DNA of 64,000 nucleotides. Origin: Eledone cirrhosa. Taxonomy: Eukaryota. Of the stretch, positions 36,801 through 46,199 are shown piece after piece. The stretch covers positions 36,766,001-36,830,000 of the forward strand of contig OZ024746.1 in the NCBI GenBank assembly GCA_964016885.1. The letters are read 5' to 3'. The stretch's first letter is position 1. Every line of letters begins with the position of its first letter. The notes beneath the pieces were generated by a model, which ran no database searches, was not told the DNA's origin, and was given only the letters and a program-made list of their open reading frames with translations. The position numbers and the translations under genes are program-made.

Positions 36801-37253
36801 AAACTCTACAGGCATGGAGGTGCCGTCAGCCGGGCATGTCCGAGATGCGCGCAGGGCGACGAAACCGTCCTGCACGCACTCGTCCAGTGTCCGAGCATTG
36901 CTGACTTGTGGGTTTATGTCGAACACCTGCTGTCACGTGTAGGACCTATCCAGCTATCAGCTGAGTCCATCGTGAGGATTGCCCCGCCCCCTTCCTTTAG
37001 CCTGGAAGGGCAGGCAGTTTTTATCTGTCTGGTGGCCATGGCGAAAGAGATAGTATGGTGGACACGTTTGAAAGGGCTGAAGACGAGCACTTACCTCTTC
37101 GGTGATGCCCTGATTAACTTTTTCAAATTTCATTTGAAAAGGAAAATCAAGGTAGAGAGGGAAGTGCTCTCTTCCCAGCATTTTGTTGAAAGATGGGTGA
37201 GAGAAGCAAGTATGGCCCGAATTAATGGGCCTTCTCTGAGTATGTGTCTGTAA
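33834..37253 (+). CDS. Tx1 ORF2 polyprotein, 1139 aa: APE endonuclease, RT, C-terminal zinc finger
   Basis: GSINARGL, ISETR, GDWN, YLDRVF, TDH; KSPGLDG, FRPITLLN, DQSKAFDRV, RQGCPLS, YADD; CPRC...ETVLHALVQC. Confidence 0.96.
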   Translation: MTSLRIGSINARGLGSSWKQGHLLNDLRSLNMDVVAISETRISEAQAFAPIFGGYHVYASPSRPGSGGGVAVLFRRGLDLAIRAIFLDPEGKLVVLDVTSGDGQAFRLVAVYAPTGAGRPDFFRRLETFLGTSRSLVLVGDWNGILDARWDCVGLVDREGGCKSLTNLLRRFELSDRYRMDFPNVPMWTWTNRIGSSRSYLDRVFCREIDRSSIGCPQFKIVSYTDHKFVICVLDLDRLHRRGPGYWKLNASLPARKAYRDRISELVKRALTGAIVNNKWWFALKRAIRIESIRFSKTLAIEKNRAEGELVRKLDEALSKGIATDLLAAKLALDQFFNAKHEGCVVRARMRALRHEVTKAVQWARVAEARRGNKATIRSLVDHDGRMLLDPGQLCEAFQRHFAQLFGGSGGPDRGMDFSVYLDGLPRLSATEAECCEKPITTAEVRDAMTSCTRGKSPGLDGLPYELYVQMPNLFGGLLADVYCNWQQNGRIPSSVSRGAVALLRKDPNKGDNIDNFRPITLLNTEFKILAKVLAKRLALVVGSLVGEAQTCAIPDRSIHDNLHLMRYIVERVATEPGTGGSLINLDQSKAFDRVDHRYLAAVLRAAGFGPVFRGWISAMHSDICSVVRVNGHLSEPFNIMRSVRQGCPLSSLLYVLTLEPLLHKLETLWGVPRELGCGRSVSAYADDVTVVVSNAKHIEAIGTTLRKYEAVTGAMINQEKSVGLQLGTWRGRSMPSNNVVGRWTDGPVKLLGVWFGPDLQTDKNWDEVTSRVASLTQKWAERKLSLKGRAEVANAYIASVIYYRLTVVPCPKPFLTALERLLFRFLWKGRAPMVRRSICCQHPLRGGLGMPWLMMRRHALRLRHLHLFLDGDQVWSPFARHVFPQLVSLTELQSWVKRRPRGSAWRLECLQALTALDQSGNEIGGSSTLAFYRGLVEGKSDDVLGETLGVDENQLANLFGRTFGPGPMDNFQKALAWQCYRGALPVRDKLYRHGGAVSRACPRCAQGDETVLHALVQCPSIADLWVYVEHLLSRVGPIQLSAESIVRIAPPPSFSLEGQAVFICLVAMAKEIVWWTRLKGLKTSTYLFGDALINFFKFHLKRKIKVEREVLSSQHFVERWVREASMARINGPSLSMCL

Positions 37254-37495
37254 ATTAAAGGTGGAAAACTGGGAGAGGGCACTTGCCCTGGTGGTCAGGG
37301 CCACTGTGGTCTTTTAATGGGCTTTCTCCACAAATGTCCCTTGGAAGTCTCCCCCCTATTGGGGAATTTTTCTTTGTTATTTTATTTCAACCTCTGTTTT
37401 TATACACGCAGAAATGCCCATTTGTACCGACCTGTATTGTCCTGTACTGTCCTTAATGTCTACTTTATGTGAACCCTTGTGGTTAATAAAGAAAA

Positions 37496-37552
<57 letters not shown>

Positions 37553-37755
37553 GCGGTGGATTGGCAGTATCGGTAGAGAGTTGGACGCCATGCTTTCCAG
37601 CATAGTTACGTCGCTTTACGGTCTGAGTTCAAATCCCGTCGAAGTCAACTTTGCCTTTCATCCTTACGTGGTCGATAAAATAAAGTACCAGTAATGTACT
37701 GGATAATTGCTGGCCTTGTGCCAAAAGTAGAAACAATTATTATTATTATTATTAT
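37553..37755 (+). mobile_element. Full-length SINE embedded in (TTA)n
   Basis: Closely matches 2315-2500; ends gtagaaacaa(tta)n. Confidence 0.92.
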
Positions 37756-40326
37756 AATTGCATTTATCTAATTGACAACTACGTCCGCTATGTTCAAGAA
37801 AGAACATGCATACACACACATGCATCTTTAGTTGTTTAGACTTGTGATGTACTTATATTGACAGAATCTTCCTTAGTATATGGGCAGTTCCCATTATTAC
37901 TATATTTTGTATTTCTCCTATGCGCGTAGTTTCTGGGACTTGCGATATGTAATTAGACCCCTTAGGTATCATTCCTAGAGCGCCTACAACCACTGGTATT
38001 GTTTTAGTTCTCAATTTCCACATTTTTCCAATTTCTCTCTCCAGGGCCTTATACTTGCTTAATGTTTCAAATGTTTTTATAAATATAATCTTGTCTATTA
38101 GAACGGACATATCAATTAGCAGGCATACCCTCTTTTTAAAGTCCTTCAGTATTATATCAGGTCTATTTGCATCTATTTTTCGTTCTGTTTGGATGCTAAC
38201 GTCCACAAGATTGAGATGTGATATTTTTCCAGTATGGGAGGTGGTTGGTGCTCCCACCAATTCTTTTGATGGGGCAGACATTATATGATCAATGGTCTCT
38301 GTTTGTTTTTTACATACACGACATAATGGGCTGCATCCATTTTTTATTATGTTGTCTTGGTAATTTTTTGTTGGCAGACACTGATCTTGTGCTGATATAA
38401 TCAGTCATTCAGTCTACGATTTCAGTCCAGCGGATTCCAACCACTGAGGAGTTAAAGTTTTGTCAACATCAGGATTGTTAGCTCTTTCTGGGTATTTTCC
38501 ATACAGAGGTTTTTCTTGCCATTTCTTAACCAGTTTCTGTAGCAGTTCTTTTACTTGCTTTGCTTTTTCTGTGTTTTCCCTTTCAGCAGTAAATGGGACT
38601 TCTGAAATGTGCAGTCCATTACTGTATCTTTGTGCAACTTTTGTAATGGAGTATGATATTTTGATGCTTTCGTGTTTCAAAACGACTTTGGTCATCCAAT
38701 CATGTGATTCCCTTATATATGTAGATTATCCAATTGTTGCAGTTTTCAACGCAATATCTAACTGGATTAACCCACGTCCTCCTTCTTTCCTAGGGAGATA
38801 TATTCTATCTGTATCTGACTTAGGATGAAGCATTCTGTGCATGGTTAAGAATTTTCTAATTTGTGAATCGAGCCTTCGGATCTCTGTGCTTGACCAGTTG
38901 ATAATATTGTAACTGTAGGTTACTACTGGTATGGAAAGCGTGTTTATGGCATCGATCCTATTCCTTGCATTCAATTCCGTTCTTAAGATTACTCTTACTC
39001 TGCGGTAACATTCCTTCCTTACCGTTTCCCGCATTGTCGAGTGCTTGATTCCGGCTCCTTCACAAACACTTAGATATTTGTAAGTTTCCTCTTGATCAAG
39101 TTCTCTTATCACATTCCCCCGATCAAAATTAATGTCTGTACTTTTCAGCAGATTTCCTCTGGTGAACATTGCTTTGGCGCATTTATCTAGTCCAAACTCA
39201 ATTTTAATGTCATCACTGAACTGCTCCACGATGGATAATAGCCCTTGGTATTTTGCAAATAGTTTCAGGTCATCCATGTAGAACAAGACTTTATATCCAT
39301 GATTTGTTTCATTGAGCATTTTACTTAATGGTATAAGTGCGATACAGAATAAAAGCGGTGATAAAGAGTCACCATGAAAAATTCCACAATTAATAGTAAC
39401 TTCTCCAGCTTCAGTGATCTCGTTTCACTATTCAAAAGGAGTGTTGTTTTCCAAGTCTTCATACTGAATGACAAGAACCTCTTGACAAAGGGAAATATTT
39501 TGAAAATCTCTAAACATTTTTAATCCAACTGTGTGGCAAACTATGGAATGCTTTTTATAATCTATCCAAGCACTTGATAGATTTTTGTGTCTATTATGAC
39601 AATCTTCCAGTATCATTTTGTTAACCAGAAGCTGATCCTTACAGCCATATGAGCCTCGTTTGCAGCATTTCTGTTCATTGGGAAATAGGTCATTTGTTAT
39701 GAGGTGGTCATATGTATATTCAGTTAGGACTAATGTTAAAATGTTATACATTGTGGTCAAGCAAGTAATCGGTCTGTAATTTTTGGGATTGTTTGTCTCA
39801 TCATTCTTCGGAAGCAGGAATGTAATGCCGTTAAATAGCGATGATGTTATCTTTTCTGGCTCCTTAACTATTTCATTGTAAATTTGGGCTAACAGCTCAT
39901 GAGACTCTGTGAAGGCATTTATCCAAAAAATTGGTATTTTGTCTTTTCTGGGGATTTACATTTGCTGTTTTTTCTAAGAGCAAAACGCAACTGTTCAACT
40001 GTTTTATTTTCCCATATTTGATTCTGAACGTGAGCCGTATCTTTCATTTGTCTGTCTTCCATGGGGCATGTATATTATGAACTTTTTCTTCGGCCCAGAT
40101 CTTTTCCCAGAATTCTTCCACCTCCTCCTTGGGTGGTATTTATTTAGCAGTTATTGTTGACTTGCACATTTTTCTGTAGAAGTTTCTTTCGTTGTTTTTG
40201 AATATATTATTGTCCTTATAGAATCTAGATCGTTTTTCAAAGCGCCTTATACGAGCAGCTTTGGCCGACACTTGATTAGTTCTATCAGCATGTCTATGTC
40301 ACTTGTTGACTTTATACTGTATTTTC

Positions 40327-40328
<2 letters not shown>
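37756..40328 (-). mobile_element. R4/Dong-clade LINE copy 1a (RT plus RLE), degenerate
   Basis: GCKDQLL, WIDYKK, YMDDLKL, LPRKEGGRGL, TERKIDANRPDII..LLID, GTAHILRKILSI*; deletion in the CCHC region; (TAA)n on the sense strand at the 3' end. Confidence 0.92.
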
Positions 40329-40358
<30 letters not shown>

Positions 40359-42547
40359 AGTTGCATTTATCTTGCTTTATGTTCATACGAGTTATCACCA
40401 AGTCACAACCAGTGACCTCAAGAGACAACAAGTCCGCCATGTTCAAGAAAGAACATACATACTCACACATGCATCTTTAGTGTTTAGACTTTTGATGTAC
40501 TTATATTGACAGAATCTTCCTTAGTATATGGGCAGTTCCCATTAGTACTATCTTTTGTATTTCTCCTATACGCAGGTTTCCTGGGATTTGAAATAAGTAA
40601 TCATTAGAACCCTAAGGTATCATTCCCAGAGCGCTACAACTACTGGTATTGTTTTAGTTCTCAATTTCCACATTTTTCCAATTTCTATCTCCAGGTCCTT
40701 ATACTAGCTCAATTTTTCAAATGTTTTTATAGATACATTCTTGTCTATTGGAACATACATATCAATTAGCAGGCATACCCTCTTTTTGAAGTCCTTCAAT
40801 ATTATATCAGGTGTATTTGCATCTATTTTTCGGTCTGTTTGGATGCTAAAGTTCCACAAGATTGAGATGTGATCTTTTTCAAGTATGGGAGGGGGTTGAA
40901 GCTCCCACCAATTCTTTTGATGGGGCAGGTCAAAATGCTTACACATTATCCAATGTATGTATTGTGCAGCTCTGTCACGCCTGTTTAGGTATTCGGTTGG
41001 AGCTATAGGACTGCACATTGAAATTATATGGTCAATGGTCTCTGGTTATTTTGTACATACACGACATAATGGGCTGCATCCATTTTTTATTATGTTGGCT
41101 TGGTAATTTTTTGTTGGCAGACACTGATCTTGTGCTGATATAATCAGTCCTTCAGTCTCCGATTTCAATCCAGAGGATGCCAACCACTGATGGGTTAAAG
41201 TTTTGTCAACATCAGGATTGTTAGCTCGCTCTGGGTATTTTCCATACCGAGGCTTTTCTTGCCATTTCTGAGCCAGTTTCTGTAGCAGTTCTTTCTTTGC
41301 AGTTACTTTTACCCGCTTTGCTTTTTCTGTGTTTTCCATTTCAGCAGTAAATGTGACTTCTGAAATTTGTAGTCCATTACTGTATCTTTGTGCATCTTTT
41401 GTAATGGAATATGATCTTTTGATACTTTCGTGTTTCAAAACGAGTTTGATCATCCAATCATGTGATTCCCTTAGATATGTAGATAATCCAATTGTTGCAG
41501 TTTTCAACGCAATGTCTAACTGGATTAACCCACGTCCTCCTTCTTTCCTAGGGAGATATATTCTATCTATATCTGCCTTAGGGTGATGCATTCTGTGCAT
41601 GGTTAAGAGTTTTCGAATTTTTGTATCGAGCCTACGGATTTCTGTGCTTGACCAGTTGATGACATTGTAACTGTAGGTTACTACTGGTATGGCAAGCGTG
41701 TTTATGGCATCGATTCTATTCCTTGCATTCAATTCCGTTCTTAAGATTGCTCTTACTCTGCGGTAATATTCCTTCCTTATCCTTTCCCTCATTGTCGAGT
41801 GCTTGATTCCGTCTCCTTCACAAACACTTAGATATTTGTAAGTTTTTTCTTGATCAAGTTCTCTCATCACGTTCCCCCGATCAAGATTAATGTCTGAACT
41901 CTTCAGCAGCTTTCCTCTGGTGAACGTTGCTTTGGTGCATTTGTCTAGTCCAAATTCCATTTTAATGTCATCACTGAACTGCTCCACAGTGGATAATAGC
42001 CCTTGCAATTGTTCATCATTTTTTGCAAATAGTTTCAGGTCATCCATGTAGAACAAGTGATTAATGGTTTTGTTATAGACTGTATATCCATGTTTTGTTT
42101 CATTGAGCATTTTACTTAATGGTATAAGTGCGATGCAGAATAAAAGCGGTGATAAAGAGTCACCCTGAAAAATTCCACAATTGATATTAACTTCTCCAGC
42201 TTCCAGTGATTTTGTTTCACTATTCAAAAGGAGTGTCGTTTTCCATGTCTTCATACTGAATGACAAAAACCTCCTGACAACGGGGTATATTTTGAAAATC
42301 TCTAAACATTTTTCAATCCAACTGTGTAGCAAACTATCGAATGCTTTTTTATAATGTATCCAAGCAATCGATAGATTGTTGTGTCTATTATGACAATCTT
42401 CCAGTATCATTTTGTTAACCAGAAGCTGATCCTTACAGCCATATGAGCCTCGTTTACACCCTTTCTGCTCAATGGGAAATAGGTCATTTGTTATCAGGTG
42501 GTCATATGTGTATTCAGTTAGGACTGATGTTAAAATTTTATACATTG
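40329..42547 (-). mobile_element. R4/Dong-clade LINE copy 1b, 5'-truncated
   Basis: 499-aa RT fragment 41046-42545 (FQGDSLSP, YMDDLKL), then CRVC..DH, RLE motifs and a (TAA)n tail at 40329-40357. Confidence 0.93.
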
Positions 42548-45521
42548 CGCTTAACTTATACGCTAATCCGGTCTCTGTAGGCTTTGCGAGCTGAGAAAGA
42601 CGCGTTCAGCTTCCAGTAACTAGGCCGTTGTCTATGAAGTCTGTCTATGTCGATCTCACAGATCACAAATTTGTGGTCTGTGTAGTCGACCATTTTAAAT
42701 TGTGGACAACTTATACTAGCCTTATCTAGTTCTCTGCAGAATACCCTATCGAGATACGATGTGGATGACCCGATGCGGTTTGTCCATGTCCACATTGGCA
42801 CATTCGAGTGATCCAGTCGATACCTGTCAGACAATTCAAAACGTTTGAGCAGGTTGGTGAGGCTGTTGCACCCTCCTTCTCTATCCACTAGCCCCACACG
42901 ATGCCAGCGTGCATCCAAGATACCGTTCCAGTCGCCCACTAACACTAAAAGGCGGGACGTTCCAAGAAAGTTCTCTAGACGTCTGAAGAAATCTGGCCGT
43001 CCTGCCCCTGTTGGGGCGTAGACGGCTACTAACCTGAAAGCATTGCCTTCGCTGCCGGTCACGTCCAGCACCACCGACTTACCTTCTGGGTCTAGGAAGA
43101 TGGCCCGTATCGCGAGATCCAGGCCTCTCCGAAAAAGGACGGCAACCCTTCCCCCTGATCCTGGACGGTTGGGATATGCGTATACATCGTAGCCGCCGAA
43201 GATCGGTGCGAAGGCTTGTGCTTCGGAGATACTGGTTTCACTGATGACCACCACATCTATGTTTAGTGACCTGAGGACGTTGAGCAGGTGACCCTGCTTC
43301 CAAGATGACCCCAGGCTACGTGCATTTATACTGCTTATTCTAAGTCGGCCATGTTGGATGAGAAACGGGGCAAGTGAGAAAGGGTCACTTACCTTGTTCG
43401 TGTGGTGAAGGGACAGTAGAACCGTCCCTTTCGCTGGTCATGGGTGTTTCCAAGAGGATGTCAGTGTATATCCTCTTGGCAACCGAACCTCTGAAGTCTC
43501 CAACTGCGTTGGGGAATTTTTGTTTTAAAGCTTTGTACTGTTCTATTGAGATTTCGATGATGCTTATGTTTGTCAGGTGAGTTCTTGGTGTTGTTGGGGT
43601 GTAGAAGCTTTTTTCTGTGATGTATGTTTGCTGCTTTATATATTGTATGAGTTCTTTTGCAATGTTTATTGCTGTGTACTTTTTTGGGGGAGGGGTTATT
43701 TTGTTGCTGTTTTCTTCTTGTTGCTGTTTGGTGTGTGTGTCTGTTGTTTTTGCGCTGTTGGTGTGTTGGGTGATGCTGGTTGTGGTGTGGTTGTTGTTGT
43801 CAGTGGTGTTTGTGATGGTGATGGTGGTGGTGTTGCTGAAAGTGGCCTTGCTGCATTTACCCATTTTTGTATGCCTTCGCTTTTGGAGGGTGAATCTAAG
43901 AGTTTTTTCTTTTTTTCTTTTTTGTGGCAGACAGTTTGCCACTTCACTCCCGCCTCAAACTCCAGGTCGGATTCTGTGGCGTCTGGGAGGGATATGTGCT
44001 CCACGGCTGTTGGTGGTGGTAGTGGAGCCCTCTTCGGCAATTTTGTTGCTGGTGTAGCTACTTCAAATGTAGCTAATGGTGTTGCCGCCACTGATGATGC
44101 TGCTTTAGTCATCCGTGGATTTGGTACGGGTGCTACGGAAGTGGCCCTCCTACTCACCGTGGAAGGGGCTACTTTGTTTGTTGCCTCCTCTGCTCTTGGT
44201 AGCAGCGGACCAGGTATTGGAAGGAGAGGGGCCTTTTTCGCTGTCTTCTGCGGGCAAAAGGCCCTGAGGTGAACTTTCGACCCACAGAGATAACATTTTG
44301 GCCGTGTTCCTTCTACACTTATAGGGAGCTGGAGTCCTTGCTTGATGTCTATGATATCGGGGAAAACGTCGATACATTCCTGGTCAGTTTGTATAAGCAT
44401 TTTCATGCCTATACCTGACCAGTTCTCTCTCCCTATTTTTTCTACTTGCAGCATGGTCGTCCTGTTCTCGATTCCAGCAAGGACAGACGCGGCCAGCCAA
44501 GGTATGGGCACGTCAGTGGGACCTGAGTCGCTTTGACCCTCACAATGTTCTGCCTGTAGTAGGAGGGCACCAAGGCTATCTCCTCACTCTTTAGCGTTAC
44601 CAAAGTGTGAGGCTTCGCTTCCTGGGAGGTGGCGAAAAGTACGTCTACTGTGGCGTACTTTCTGCCTCGGGTGATGTGGGTTTTGCTTGCCCAGACGCAC
44701 CCCAAGGCCTTTTGGATTTGAGCCTCCGTGGCTCTCTCCACTCGATGTGAGATTTTGCTCACGGTGCGGTAAGTCACCGTCCGTAGCTGCTAGTCCTTGA
44801 ACAAATCAGGTAGAGGTTTCAGAGAGACTCTATTTGCGCTTCTTGTCACCATGGCCCTTGCTACTGCTATCTCCTCCTCTGTGACTAACACTGTCTCGAT
44901 ATTTCGGGCGACACCTGCAAAAGAAGTGGTCCCTTTTTCAGCAGCACCACTATTGCTGCTGATACAGGTCTTACTGGTGGTGCTGAGATCGCTATCACAG
45001 GTATCGTTGTCATTGTTGTTGTTTTCGTTGGTACAGTTGTTGGTGTTGTTGTTGTTGTTTTCGTTCATACTGTTGTTGTTGTTACTGTTATTGTGGCTGT
45101 TGTTATTATTGTTGTTTTTGTTGATACTGTTCCTACTATTATTGTAGTTGTGGCTGCTGTTATGGTCATTGTTATTGTCTTTCTCGACCTTACCGCTGTT
45201 ATTTTTGTTATTGTCGTTCTCAACTTTACTGCTGTTATTTTTGTTGTTGCTGATGTTATTGATGGTGTTGTTGTTGCTGTTGTTTTTGTGTTATTGTTGG
45301 TATTGATTGTGTTGGAAATATTTGTTAATTTTAAATCTGTAACAATCTTCTTTTCACGCACATGGTGGATATATATCGTAAAGGAATCGCTCCCGTAATT
45401 TTTTGATTTTTGCTTATTTAAAACAACTGTGATAGAATAATTCTTATTACAAATGACGGATAATATTACAGTTTTTTACGCTCAGCAAGCCACAACGCAT
45501 CACTTTACGGCATAGGGCCCC
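42548..45521 (-). mobile_element. Tx1 family C, 5' part only (5' UTR, ORF1, APE domain)
   Basis: ORF1 fragments with CYLCGSKVHLRAFC; APE at 42556-43352; breaks off after YRDRIS. Confidence 0.92.
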
Positions 45522-46199
45522 AATATTTAATATTTAATTTTTGATCAGAAATGTTATAGTCGAAAAAGAGGAAATGGCAAAATGGCTAAGTGGACAGACA
45601 GGCAAATAATTTCACCACCAACACCACCACCGCCACCATCACTACTACCACGCCAAAAACTCTAGTCAAGTTACCTCAACTTCTATTTCTACTTCAACTT
45701 CAACACCATCACTACAGTACTACGATCACATCACCACCACCACTTCCTCATTAACGCTATCGCCGCTATTCTCTCCCACTACCTCCTGCTAAGTACAACT
45801 AGCACATAACCACCACGACCACCACCACTGCCCCATTATCGCTACCGCCGCTATTCTCTCCCACTACCTCCTGCTAAGACAAGCATCGTAGTAACCCCAC
45901 TAAAAGAGTAAGGCATCAAAAGATATAAATAGACTGATTTGATGACCCGGTCAAAAAATCATAAAAACCAAAAATCAAAATCAAAACAGCACAGCAACAA
46001 AGAAAAACGCAAAGAAAAGAAAAATGAAAAGAAAAACAAACAGACAGACAGAGAAGGAGAAAAAAAGTCAGAGAAGGAGGGAAAAAAGACAGACATTCAA
46101 ACATTACATTACAATGAAACTTATGCTTGCTTATTCTTTTTTGTTTGTTTTTTTACCTATTTGTTTGTTTGTTTATTGATGTTCGTCTACAGCGTGATA

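Larger units (their letters stand above)
31637..37552 (+). mobile_element. Tx1 copy B3, full length, intact ORF2
   Basis: Same 5' end as B2; AATAAA 37485-37490; (TTA)n tail 37497-37552. Confidence 0.96.

Noticed and set aside
37756-42547. RTE-clade assignment for these LINEs
   Set aside because: C-terminal CCHC plus RHD/PD..D restriction-like endonuclease motifs and TAA tails indicate R4/Dong.
42540-42560. Functional Tx1-APE/Dong-RT fusion protein or template-switch chimera
   Set aside because: The junction has a stop and is out of frame; the inversion model explains this junction and the one at 23169 together.
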